A program made the position numbers and the translations under genes. From Phoronis australis (lineage: Eukaryota > Animalia > Phoronida), in contig NMRA01000467.1 of the NCBI GenBank assembly GCA_002633005.1, positions 138,723 through 202,722 on the forward strand: a stretch of 64,000 nucleotides of DNA, in the 5' to 3' direction. Under the pieces are notes generated by a model. The model was not told where the DNA came from. It ran no database searches and saw only the letters and a list, made by a program, of their open reading frames with translations. This document shows, one piece after another, positions 10,677 through 24,300 of the stretch; position 1 is the stretch's first letter, and every line of letters begins with the position of its first letter.

Positions 10677-10683
10677 TGTGTGT
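10627..10683. repeat. (TG)n microsatellite
   Basis: Direct observation. Confidence 0.95.
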
Positions 10684-11132
10684 ACCGTTTTGTGTTTGTT
10701 TACCTGTTGTCGAGATACTTTTTGTCATTTCAATTTCTGAGCAGTGAATGTAGTACTTTCCTATGTTCGAGAAATAAAATTTAAAAAATTAAACTATTAC
10801 CTTGCAAAAATCCAATCAAACACTTTGTATAGCTAACAGCGTACACTGTATTTGCAAATTGTCTAGTTCTTAGCCAAATATTCCACTTTTTGATTTTCCC
10901 CGCCATCCCGCCACACCATCACCGGCCGTTTTGACACATGCTGACACTGTCATGCCAAATACTATTTCTTACACGACATTTTCCCGTTCGACCAAAAAAC
11001 GGAACGTTTCATGGGTGTTTGAAGCACCAACAAATTCCCATTCGACTTAAACGTGCACATTTGAGTGTAACGTTTCCCGTTCGACAAAAACGTTGTCGGG
11101 ACGTTTTTGTGTATTGCCGCGAACAACACTTT

Positions 11133-11219
11133 TATCCACAGCACATTATAATGATATATCCACAGCACATTATAATGATATATCCACAGCACATTATAAT
11201 GATATATCCACAGCACATT
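11133..11219. repeat. 24-bp minisatellite TATCCACAGCACATTATAATGATA, ~3.5 copies
   Basis: Direct observation. Confidence 0.9.
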
Positions 11220-14099
11220 TTAAATCTACTCAGAAGAACTGTATCAAACCGGACTAAAGGTCCAACTAACATGTAACATGTATAATTTTGGATGAATGCC
11301 TGACTAAATTCTTCTCACAGCAACTGTGAGAGAGATCCATATTCTAATTCTTTGTCTTGATAGAGTAGAAATCTTTCGTGAATCATTGAAATTATTTCCT
11401 TGCTGGTTTAGTTAGCCTTTTGTATAATCTATCGTTTGATTCCTTTTTATGTTACTATTACATCCTCTTATTGTTCACTTTTTGGTAACACTTGATTTTC
11501 AGAATTAAAAAATATGGAATGTGGAATTCATTTTTGTGGAAACTAAACTATCTGCTGTGTAGTTAGTTGTGCAGAGATTTTATGGCTTATGATGCGTCTG
11601 TATTTGAAACTGCGCCTGTATCCGAATTTAGGCCAATGTTGAATTTTCCGTGACGCTAATTCTTAACTTGTACTGGAAAACACAAAACACACAAAGTCAT
11701 ACACTTGCACAAGAGAACATGCGATAGCACTCGCAATTGAAGTTGCAACTAACATAAGTGCCAAAGGCTTCATCTAGAAAGACAATGTATTTAGTAGAGG
11801 TGCATGGGCCTAAATAGGCACTGGTTCAAATTAGCATAGTTATCATCGTAACGTTGTTGTTGAATTTGTTATGAGGCACGTGAAAGCATTTTTTTGCAAT
11901 CCAATCCGCTTAGGTAAGAAATGACGGGTGTTCTATAAACTCGCTTCCTCGTTTCAATTGCTCGCCGTCACAACGAGGAAACAGGGAGTTCACGGAAACT
12001 AACAAAATCTGTCCTAACCGGCATACGATGAACACCAGACCTTTTATTGCAGATGCTGGATGACGCTAACCACAAATTGTAAAACAAGTCGACCTTGCAC
12101 AATCAGTGTGGTCTTACTGAATCAGATAACGCCTTGGTATCAAGACTAAATCAGACCGGCTTATTTTCTATATGTAATTTTCTTTGTTTAACCTTTCCCA
12201 ATTTAACTGATTTTTACGCGCGTCCACCAGTGATTTTAGTATCCCGTTTCTGCGGTTAACGCCAGCATGAAGGAAAGAAATTGTCACTAATTTTCCGTTG
12301 CACATGCGAACTAACCCGAAGTAAAATATTTTGCTGCGTCTTCTATAGATTTTTGTCATCGCACATGGGGTATTATTACATCAAAACTCATTATTTCAAA
12401 TTCATTGTATGAAGCATAACAGATTGTTTTCTCAACCAGCATCATGTTATAATACATGTTTTAGTATTTACATCAGCTTGTTATGAAATATTGAGCTCGT
12501 GCACAAAGTTGAAGGTGAATGTCATTTTTGAATGTGTACCAGTTTTTCGTTGACCCGAGACAAAGAAGTGCTCGATTTGCCCCTTGCTTGCCTTAAAAAT
12601 ACCATCATTTCTTTTAGAAAGATTATGAGGTCACTAAAGGGATAAAATTTATCTTATTTGTAATTTATTTTGTTCATTTATTTAATGCAAATGAAATAGT
12701 GCAAAAATTCGTATCATTGAAGAAACAGAGTACATCTTTGCTTAATGTCCAAATGTGGACGATTGAATTCAACATTTTTCTTGATGTCCTCGGAACTGAG
12801 GTAGCTGAAAATTACAGAGTATTTATATTTGCACCAGAAAGACGTGATAATGCCTTGCTATTTTAAACGTTTGTTATTTAAACGATGAGATATTTTTACG
12901 GATAAGTTATAGGAGGCCTGTCGTACAACGTGTCTTATTTAAAAATACTCTTTCCGCTTCATTTTGGTTAAAAACATCACAGCACGGATTTTAAAACAAA
13001 TTAGTTCAGTTTAACCTCAGCCCAAATAATATGAATATGACTTTTTAGTTTAATTTTTATTCACCACCACTTAAATGTTTATCATAGCACGTGACAACGG
13101 ATGCATTATGAGTACTCACTCTACTTCCATCATATGGAATGAAGTTTCCGCGCAAACCCCTCCCACTTTTGGTTCTTTATTAGTTGTAAAATAAGACAAA
13201 CACAAACGGGAGTTTAGTGAACTCTTTCGACTGTCAACACTCATCGTGTGTTCTATATCGGTAAATGTAGAGGAAGGAGCATTCTAAATACTTGCACAAC
13301 GAAATGGGGGACACGGGCTTATATGAAAGTGGTTGGTATTAAATATTTATCTCCTACGCTAATTCTAAAAAATATCAATAAACGTGTCATTTCTGTGCTT
13401 TTTGGTAGGTGTACAGTACACATCAAAAGAGTGTTTGCCCACTATCTTCAGTGCGCACTCGACGGTTGCTAGTTAGTGACTGCTGGAAATCCCCATTCTA
13501 AGAGGTGGCAAATCCCCATGTTTCTTTATCTTGCAAGAGTGAAATATATCCTTTATTATTGAAATGGAATAAAGCATATGGATGGCATCGTTGTGGGTGA
13601 CAGATATCTCTATCTTGTCAAAATGCGATTGATGTGGAATTTTATGGAAAACATTCATTGTTCATCGATACCTCTGCGCAAAATCGTTTGTACAAACCAT
13701 ATAAGATTTAAGGTTAGCATATCAATGCATCTATGTGTAGGAAGCATGATAACTTGGGTTTTTGCGTTTTTTGCACTAACTTTCCACCGAACTTTTCGTT
13801 TAAACAATTTTACAGGAGAAAATTTATCGGTCAGGGTCGGTTCGAATCAGACTGAAGTGGATCCAGTTTTTCCAACATACATGTAGGCGTTCTTAGTCCC
13901 CCTTTCTAAATGCTCTGAGAAATCAATTCAAATATCTTTTCAAATTAAATCAAAACATAGTTAGTTCTGGTCTCTGTTTATTAAACGTTGAGTCCGTGGT
14001 GCAGTGTTGTATTTAGTTGCTCATTTCTTTTATCGCAAAAGAAAATCCTTGCGGGATTTTTTACTCGTCGCTTGGCAAATCATGGCGTTTCAAATCTTA

Positions 14100-14480
14100 C
14101 TTAAAACCACCAGACATTGACTGAAATTGACGCGGGTGGTCTTTTTAAGTCTGTGAGTCGGAGTAAAGGACAAATCCAGCAATGTTTAATTTTGTCTTAT
14201 TTGTCAAATTCAATCCCTTTCACACTTGCAATACAATATGTGACATTTACATTACGCGTAAGCAGATTTATGAAATGACTTTTATTGGTTTCTTTTTGGT
14301 GACAAAACTCATTTAAATAACCAAATGCTCACCAAGGTTCTAGCGAGAGAGGCAAGATTCTGAAAGACCTCTCAAAAGGCAGTGAAAGGCAAGTGGTGCG
14401 CGAGTATGTTCGGGAGCTTACTGTCCTATCGTAGTAAAATGGTGGCCACTGAAGTGATCGGTCGGACAGGTTGCAATGTT
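14100..14480 (+). mobile_element. Degraded pogo/Tigger-like element with HTH remnant
   Basis: Frame GKILKDLSKGSERQVVREY resembles a CENP-B/psq-type HTH; GGTGGTCTTTT and GGTGGCCACTGAAG..ACAGGTT subterminal motifs. Confidence 0.35.
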
Positions 14481-17400
14481 GAATTATAGGAAAGAAATCA
14501 ATTCCTAAATTATAGGACAGAAATAGCTTCCAATGTTTCCACGGTTCCATAAGAAACTGGTCGCACAGTATGGAGTTTGGTCACCAGTTGAACTGAAATT
14601 TCAGTTGCGGATCCAGGATATCATAAGGGGGCGGGCCCAACATATTGTCTCCGGGAATCGCACAAAGCACGATTGCGTGGGCGCACCCAGCCTAAAATAC
14701 AGGAGTTCTCGGAAAAAAAACAAAGAGACGGGAAACCGACTGCGCCGACGATCTGACTTGAACAGTTGCAATCGTTGGTATATGCCCTCTTTTCGTGAGA
14801 AGATATCTGCCAATTTACATAATTATCTTAAAAGTGACTTGGCCGACAGAGGGCGATGCCAAAACCAACAAATAAAAACAGCCACAAATAAAAACAACGC
14901 TTTGTTCGTATTTTCTTTAAAACTTCATTTAGTCAACACAAATATTGCCTGCGACAGGTCACACAGTTAATAACAAAGCTTTTATGAAATGTGCTTCAAG
15001 ACAAAAAATGTCAGCCTGCTAAGACTATTTGGCACAGTTTTGCTGTTTTTCCATTAAGCTAATCTGACTGCTTGTGCAGACCATTGATTAAGGTAATCTG
15101 ACGGACGCACTAACAAGCTAAGGCCATTTCCTGTTGACTTATCCATTCGAACTAGCCACGGCTGAAGAACATGGTTTGCTAATATCCACTTCAGGGTTCA
15201 ACTGGTTTAAGTTTTTTTAATTTGGCAAGTTAATACTAAAAACTTGACACATCTTGCTATGGAGTAGATGAGATGTACAAGTGTTTCTGCTATGTAATTC
15301 TACCCTGCAGATTTGTTTTATTTGAATTATATTTTCAGCTCAAAACACAGTTGCACAGGGATTCAAAGGTATAATTATATGTGAATTAGGAAAAATGCAA
15401 ACAGTTATTTTCGTCAACGAGCATCCACTCCTTTTCAGAGATTTTGGCCAAGGATTCAAACAAATTCCATACTTGAAACCTCAAAAGGGCAAAAATTACA
15501 AAATTGGTTCTGACCTGTGTATGGGTCATTTTGAAAATCGCCGACTCACTTCATAGACGGAAAAAAATCGACCAAGTTCAGCTGGCAGCAGGTGACATTG
15601 AGGGAAAGAGAGCCTGAACCATTTCAGCCGACACCAAGTGATGCTGGGAAAAACGTATACCGACCCGTTCTGAACTTCAAGTTGGCATAATACAAATTTT
15701 TTTTTTATTCCAAAATTTGGACAACTTAAAACTAGCACATCGCATCAACTTTACTAAAAATCACAATTGGAACCAAATATGCTGTTTTGGTAGGACTGCC
15801 ATAAAATTCACTGGCCTTGAACAAAATGAGCTTGGTAAGCTTCTGCCTAACATTACAGGTATTGAATGATGCAGTGTTGTGTTATGCAGTTAAATGCTAC
15901 ACAATACACGGACATCACGACCCAATATGGTTCATCAGCAAGGTGGCGGACCACTCCGCACAACGAAAACCATGTGACGTCAACTCTAATTATATTTATC
16001 TCATTGCGCGGCCCAGTATTCGCACTGCGGTTTGGTGTTAGCTTGAATGGGACTGGAGTTTAGATATAACAGCTGGAATCTACAATCGTGGACATGTGGG
16101 ATTGTTTCCACACCCTGTGTATAATATTCACGTATTTTGCAGTGTTTTCTTTAGTTAGGAAAATACGCTAATTAACAGTGCGTATATGTATTTCTGGAAA
16201 CCCTTCTTGTCTGAAGGCGCTGTTACTATGAAAACTTTTTTGCAACTTGACTCTTGATTTTGACTGGCTAATACGCTTTCCGTATACTTTAACAAAAACT
16301 TGGACATTGAACATATCAGAGAAATGACTGGAATTCACACTGTATTTGATATTATTACAGTTTCGTGTTCTCTTTGGGCTCGGATTGAAAAACCTGGTTT
16401 TCATAGACTTCTTGGACCTCTCTCTCGCCTCCAGCCTCTATTGACTTGTCACTGAAAAATAATCAGAAAAAATACCCTTACCTTTGCAATAAAAACGTCA
16501 GAGGATATCTCGTCTTCTCTTGGGGGTTACATCAAGGTTCATTTTGTGTACAGCAAATACATGTCACTATGCAACATGCACAACACGAGAAAAATAAGGC
16601 AAAAAATAATTCAAAGTCAAAGAGGGGTCCCTGAAGAAACACACCTTTGCATTCGCTATAAATCGTCTTCTCGAATTTAAAAATCTGAATCAACGTGCTC
16701 TGAAAAATCTTTGCATTACAAGTTTTGTCTGACATTTTCAAAGTATAATAGGTGATTAAGGATACGCTGTCAAGCGAGTGTAGATCATCCGTGCTGCAAA
16801 ATTAAAAACTAGTGTTCTCCTGCCAAAAATGTCCTGCCAAGGGCTCCCAAATAGGAATTCCAGCACAGTAGGTGGCATATTTTTTAACTTTTTCTCTGTT
16901 CTATAAATGTTTAGCTTACTCCACTGCTTTTGCCCTACGTCTGTGCCTGTCATTCACCGCCCTCACACCTGCAAATTATTGGGGCATGCACACTCCTGGC
17001 CCCTCTACTTCTTTTGTCCCTGTTTAGTGGAGGGCGCTGGCTCCCAACTTCATAGGTAGGGGGCATCCCTGACTTTTTGGCTTCCTACGCCAATGAAGTA
17101 GTCATGATTCGTAAATAATTTTTGCTCATATAAACAGATCTTGTAAGAAATGTATGTTACAACAAAGTTTGTGGAAGTTGAATTTCGGTAAAATTGACAT
17201 CCTGATTCTTCTCCCAAATAGTTGCCAGCCTAAATCACTGGCGGATCTAGGATGTCGCAAAGGGGCAACCACAATTCTCAAAGGGAAGATGTGCGCGTAG
17301 TCTCTATACATCTTTTTGGTCGCGTACAGATGGGCCTCCTAAGTCTGCCCATATGAAACGATATTTCGGTGCATTTTGACATAAGTCAGTTACGAAATTT

Positions 17401-17499
17401 GAGCAAACCTGTACGATATGCCTCCCAAACAGTAAAGTCCAGTTACGCCTATGTATGTGTAGAGGGGTTTATTACTTCTTCACACGCCTGCACTGGATG

Positions 17500-17800
17500 T
17501 ATGGAGAAATGCCATTATAAGAATGATCTTAGTAGGAGCATAGAAAAATGTTCAATTCTGGCCAACTTCGGAACATCATATATCAGAAGTGGCAAATCAG
17601 ATTGACATGAAACTTTCAGATATTGTGCTTATGCAGTGTTGCACCAATAACAGTTACAAATTGTTTTTAAGAATGTCCCACATATGCACGAGGGACTGTA
17701 AAAAATAGGGCTTATGATTTTTGTGAATTTTTTTAAAGTTGCATAAAATGAAAACAAAATTGTGACACCCTTTTTGAGATTTTATCTTGAACATTTATGT
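17500..17800 (+). repeat. Dispersed repeat family (related copies inverted at ~41190-41445 and ~44320-44545)
   Basis: Shared GTAGGA..GAAAAAT....TTTGG..AAC.TTGGAACATC..TATCTCA.AA.TGGC..ATCAGATT..ATGAAACTTTCAG. Confidence 0.6.
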
Positions 17801-18181
17801 CATGAGAAATTTGGTCGTGTTTGATCGTGTTTTTTGCTATGAATATACTTTTCTTTTGTGCTTAATTTGTTTAAAAGAGCATGGTCATGTGATAATATTA
17901 ATGGCAGATTGGTGTAAGTCGACAACCAAATTCAAAGGAATTCTGCTTCCAAAAATATATACATTGCATATAGTTATGTGGATATTTGGGTAAATGTACG
18001 GACTCGTCAATAAGTGTCTACATAACCTGAACAGTTGATCAAAGGCCAAACGTTTGTGTCCCTATATATCGAGAGCCAGTGCCAAATGCATATTTGTTTT
18101 CGAAACCCCCACATAGATAAAACTTATGTTCTACTAAACATTATGGCAACAGACCGAATGACAGTCACTCTCCGTTTCAAC

Positions 18182-18340
18182 TCACCGGCAGCGGCATTTT
18201 AGCTTGTTGACAACTTCCGCTTCTTCCAAAGTGTCAATTAATGGACGCCCGTGCGTTTCCGGTAGAAAGACTGTAATGAGTCCCGTGACTACTCCAGCCA
18301 CGCCGAATATAATGAAGGGCAGAACTTCCACACTCGATCC
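18182..18340 (-). CDS. SLC22: SLC22 exon 8
   Basis: GSSVEVLPFIIFG..LPETHGRPLIDTLEEAE; ends in TGA overlapping a GTGAGT donor. Confidence 0.88.
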   Translation of the reverse strand, partial: GSSVEVLPFIIFGVAGVVTGLITVFLPETHGRPLIDTLEEAEVVNKLKCRCR

Positions 18341-21300
18341 CTGAGGGTTAAAAATATAATTTAGCGTAATACCAGGATTCCCAAGTTGCGAGCCCAAAAA
18401 AATAAACGTATGCCTGGGTCTCTGCTCTCACAGAAGTCCGAATAGACAAAGATTCCGTAATAAGTTTGGAAACGGCCATCAACAAAACATTGATCGCTTC
18501 TCAGAATGGCCAGGTCCAACATAGATCGCATACATCCAGTTATCATAGATGGCGTGCGTTAATACCATGCAGCCGGCACAGTGCCGCATAAAATGTCATT
18601 GTCTGAAAGTAATTAGTGTAAATTTTCGAATTGTATTTTTGTGATAGGTAATGCTAACCTTTTGAAGACACAATGCCATAAACACAGGTACAAACACTCA
18701 CCAGTAGAGCGATATAAGGTGCTATCATGCCACCGGCACGTGCCCACATAGACCCAGTACCAAGTCCGATGGTTCTTATACTAGTCGGGTAGACCTCAGA
18801 GGTGTACACATAGATGATGGCAAACACGGCAGCACTTCCGGCCTTCCCGATACTTGAGAGCACAATGGTCAACATTTTCAAATCTGCATTAGGAAAGAGG
18901 ACTATTATCTTTCACGACAAGAGGAACAAATTCGCTACCACACTCTCGTCTCAACGTCATGAACCATGGGCGACGCACCATAGGGGGTTGGGGGGCTATA
19001 GCTCCCCACTTTTTTCAGTGTGCGTCGCCCATGTGAACGCTTTCAGCAGTTTTCAGAAATTTAAAAGAAAATAAGTTTATCAGTCTAACGAAATTAACAA
19101 AATTGGAACATGTTGCAAATTTAAGCTGTGACGGGACGTTAGCAACGGTACATTTATTGTTATGCTTATTTAGTTGTTGTTCATTTATTCTTATGCTAAT
19201 GTTTTTGTTGCGTCTCAGTGCGCCTTTGTTACGTGGACATGCGGGCATGCATGACAGTATGTGTCGGGCACTTCGCTAGCGACAGGCTCAGGAGAAGGGT
19301 GCTTCCTTTCTTTGCTTACATAAAATTGAGCGTTATCATGTGTAACTGAACTGAAACGTAATCGTGACGAGGTGAAATACACATTTTTGATGTTCACTGG
19401 AGACTTGCTCTGTTACATTTGGCGCCCAACATGGCCTTTACCTATGTTTATGTTTTTCTTGCTATATTTTTACGTTTGTAAAAAGTGAAACTGTGTGCCT
19501 TTCAGCCTTTCTTTCCATTTTGTGATGCACCACCAGGAATGCACTAATTAAACGTAGAAATTGAAAATTTGATGCAAAAGATGTAATTTTAACGAAAACA
19601 CATGACTTGAAAATAAACTTCGATTGAAGTGGTTGGCACAAAAATTCGTTGTCGGACATTGAAGTGCAAAGAGTGCCCTAATGTCGTGATGCATTGTTAC
19701 AGTAGCTTTGATGACTTTACACATAGACCTCTACTAGCTGTGGAATGCCAACTCCAATCTCGTCAGAGCGACATACTTGTCCGAATTCGAAGAATTCCGC
19801 CAAGTAATAAAAATGTTGACGCCCGAAATTCACTCTCACTATAAACTATACGAATAAGAGGTGTTGACGCCCAAACCTACCATCAGGGATTGCCATAACC
19901 GTTAAGCATCCGACGCCAGACAAAATCATTGCAAGACTTAGTGGCCATCGCCGCCCCAACTTCATAATAAAGTAACAGGGAATGTAGGCAACGAACTCAA
20001 CCAGGCCGAGCAGAGTGTTGTTGAGATAGAGGTCTCCAACTAAGTTACCCACGTTATATGACAAACCGAAGAACACCATTCCTACGACGAACCAATTCAG
20101 CCAAACTATGAGGGTCGTCATGCGCATGTTCGGGTATCGCAGAGGGTCGAGTACTGATGATTTTGCCGCAGAATGGTCCTGAAAAGATTAATTTGGCGCA
20201 ATGAAGCGCTACTTGTCTTGGTTTTGTGATTGGAGATCGCTATGTTAGCACCCTTTTTTAAATTTCAAAAAAGACACCAAATCCTGCTCTGATGACTGGT
20301 TTCATCCAAATGACTACAAATATTCTACCACCAACTATTGTGTGTGAAAGCTTGACTACAGCCTTTCATATTGTAAAATTACTTGATTGAAAACGCGACA
20401 GTACTGTACTTTTTGTTGGACAGCTCGATACTCTCTCCCATACTTTGTACGAGCGAGATATCAAAATATCAAGCTGTCTAACAGAGAGTACTTGCGTTTA
20501 AGTTTACGTTAGCGAAAGGCTACCACCGAATTATACTGTTGGTAAAATAAAGTACGTTCATGCATTTTTTGAAAAATTCCCGAAATCAAAATTTATTGCA
20601 TGAACGCAAAAACTGAAAAATTCTTCATTTTACGGCATTTGTTTTAAAAAATTTAGACGATGAAAATTGTAAAGATACACATCTGCGCATCATACGCATT
20701 CCTGCCCAGGGCCCGGTCTCTAATCTTTGTACTCGAAACGAACTCGAAACTATTTTTGGCAATTTCTCTGCTCCTTTTGTGCGAACTTAAGATAATTGGT
20801 TATCAGACTGTGCTCGAATACATTATAGTTTATGCATAGGAGTTTCTAGTTCAAGTTTGCCCTTGAAGACCCTTATATTCGTGCTACAAACTCGAGTAAA
20901 AACTCGAAATTTCGAGTTCAAACTCGAACTTATTGCTTTAATATTGGTTTTACAAACTGTGAACTAAGGGCAATAAATTATCTACGTAAGTTATTGTGTA
21001 CTCGAGCATAGAATAATAGACACTTATCTTAGGATCGCCCAAAAGTAGAGTAGAAAATGCCAAACCTAATTTCGAGTTCCATTTCGGGTAAAAAGATTGG
21101 AGACTGGGCCCAGTTGTGCAGTTCATTGACCTTTCAACAGGTCACCAAACGTAGACTTCCGTTACTGCTACTTCCTCAGCCTCCGTTTAAACTAATTACT
21201 AATTACTAAAATAATAAACTTGCCAGTGAAAAAGGCCTCAATTTATAATCTTGCGGGAGAGGGCGTTCGTTTCGTTTCGCCGCCTTGATCAAGATCTCAA

Positions 21301-24300
21301 GAGCCTCGTCATCGCGTCCCTTTGTCATCAGCCATCTGGGAGATCTGTAAGTCAACCTAAGAGAAAAATACATATGCTTGACAATTGATTTCCTGGAACT
21401 CGTTGCCGCCACCATGCATACACTGCACCGCAAATTTTCGCAGTCCCCCACTGATATATACCGTGAGAACATGGGCGCATATTGGAAAAAACGAATATAG
21501 GCCCATGGAATAATTTTCGTAGCTACAATCAAAAGTTTCTATGCTTTGTAGTATTTACTACACTGAACACTGCCAGCAAACAAAAAAATTAAGGGTTTAT
21601 GAGAAGAGAACATCATTTCAGCACGTTTTTGCCTTATCCACAAAATAAAAATTAAAGCACCCGTAAACCTGCTTTCTGTCCAAGAAGCGAAATTTGATTT
21701 CGACTCTTTTACCACAGTAGGATTGGTTTTAGTGGTACTTTACATGGATGAGAAGTAATTTCTGGATTTATAAGGAGCAGATCATGCTCGGCGCGTAAAT
21801 TGACACGTCGTGACAAGCCAATTTGTAGTACCTTGTATAAAACAAGAGCAAATTGCCTATTCTATCGAATCACTGACATCACCTTTACCTGTAAGTTGAC
21901 TAAAGAACAATTTGAGACCAACTCCACAATGGTATGTGGTCTAAATCAAAGGTTGTCTTAGTGAGTAAGAAGGTGGGTTAAGTCGTCCCTTAATCATTGA
22001 TACAATAGTTAAGTCGTCCCTTAACCATTGATACAATAGTTAAGTCGTCCCTTAACCATTGATACAATAGTTAAATTGTCCCTTAACCATTGATACAATA
22101 GTTAAGTCGTCCCTTAACCATTGATACAATAGTCTCCCTTAGCTACACCTAATTCATTTATGTTTACACGTCCCTCGTTTTCAAAAGTAGACCCAAGGTT
22201 TACATTTGGGATACTAGAAAGGTAAAACTATGCAATTTGTCGAATATACATCAGCAATTGCCATTACTGCACATGCGTCTAGGCTTCACTTTTTGACGCA
22301 TGCGTGTGTCTTTTGCGAAATAGGGTCCATGTTGTCTTGTACTTATTCCTTGGTTATGTTTGAATGTTTCGCGCCAACTGTACATATGCATGAAGTCAGG
22401 TAGGCGAAGCTTCACAAACAGGCGCAGGGCCTAAATGCCCGCTAAACTTAACATTGGTAATGCTCACTTTTTGAACAAAAGCGTCGCAAATCTACTAAAA
22501 AAAGTAAAATGTAGAAAACGAATATTTTTGGGGTTTTCAGACTGAATGGGAAGGAACTAGTTAAATCATTAAGCAGAAATAACAACAGAATTTTCAAAAA
22601 ATCTAAATCCTTAAGCAAAATAACAAATGAATGTTTAAACACAGACAACAACAGAATTAATTACTAGAAATGTCAACTGACTTACTAAACAGGAACATCT
22701 ATAACTTAATTTCAAATGGAAATAAAGACAACATTATTCTCAAAAATAACAGCTGTGTTATTAAACAAAAATAACCGAATCAAATTAACCGGTGGTTTCA
22801 TCACTCACCATTGGAACAACACAAAGAAAATCATAGGCACAGAGGTCGCCAGACTAAGAATCCACCAGTCCCGGGCGAAATATGCCATTCCGCCCAGCAT
22901 CACGTATCCCACCGCCCACGACAGCTCTGACGCGACTCCCGCGAATATCCTCAAATCTTCCGTGCACCATTCTTGCACTAGAATGAATTTGAATAAAATG
23001 ACGTAACTCAGCACACGACATTCATTAAAATATATTTGATTACCATCGCCGTAAACTCGCTCACTCTTTTGAGACGCGTAACGGCCGGTAAAATATTCCG
23101 TTGTCGGGATGCTCTTATTTTTATTGTAAAATATTCCGATTTTACCTCTGAAAATATTCGTTTGCTATAAAGCGTCTCTCAAAAGTAATGACACTCCAGT
23201 TTGGATGCGCATGGATTGTATTAGACTCCATGCATATTCATGAAAATATCGTGGGGTGAGAGTGGCGATTCACGAGAGTTGAGTCTCGCAGACACAAAGG
23301 ACTAAAACATAACCTATCAGCTGTGTGACTAGTGTATTACGTCATCAAGCAAAGAAATTATGTCACAGCCCGCGTGACAACAATCTCCGCCAATGGCGAC
23401 ACGCCAGCACTTCGGCTTCAGTCAGACGGTTTGTAAAAGTTTAGGAGATGGAGAAACTACGTAATCATTACTATATTGTCCAGAAATTAATTTATTTTTG
23501 ATATGCATTGTTAAACTTAACTTGAAAAGTTGAGTTTCATGATTTTTTAAACATGGTCAACCATTAATGGAGGCATAAGAAGGAGTGTTGGGTTGGTTAA
23601 GATGGTTGTTTGTTATGACATGAACAAGAGAAATAATTCAAGATAGAGTCTCTGGACAGTTGAGTATAGAAAAACCACCATGAGTATGAGCTGTCTCAGG
23701 ATACGGAGCTTTGCTGACGAACGCTCTGTGTTCAACAAGGGATATCTGCCGACCACATTTGACCTCAACTGTTAGATATATTTATGTGACCACTCTTAAT
23801 TTTATCTCGTCCCCTTTGACACAGTTTGGATCGTTCCCCATTTCTCCGTGTGTGACGTTTCACTGTACTCCATGAGTCCGTTCCAAGAAACCAACTTAAG
23901 TTCATTTTTGACTTAAGACTAAGATTTGTCCCAATTCCCAAACTGAAACTATCAAAATCCGATATGTTACGCCAAATTTAAGATTATTTTCTTGTAACGG
24001 AGGTTAGCGAAATTGAAGTTTTATCTTAAAATTTATTTAAATTTAAGATTTGTCTTAGGCGAGTCAGTTTTCTTGGAATGGGCCTCATGACTTAACTTGT
24101 TCGCCTGAGCCTACGTATAATATACTGTCTTGCAATCCTGAAGTTGGGTTGGCGTAGTGCTTTAGATATTTTCTTTAAAACGACGTAATTATCAAGCAGT
24201 GGACTGGCTGATGATCCCAGACACCCTTCCCGATCCACGCATGGGAGACAATTTTTTGAGAAAAGATTTGTTGTGATCAAAAAATTCGTATTCAATCGCA

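Noticed and set aside
10938-11276. ORFs with YPQHIIMI / LWIYHYNV repeats
   Set aside because: Translation of a 24-bp minisatellite
14533-14970. 145-aa plus-strand ORF
   Set aside because: Runs through a MITE fragment, no recognisable domain or splice support
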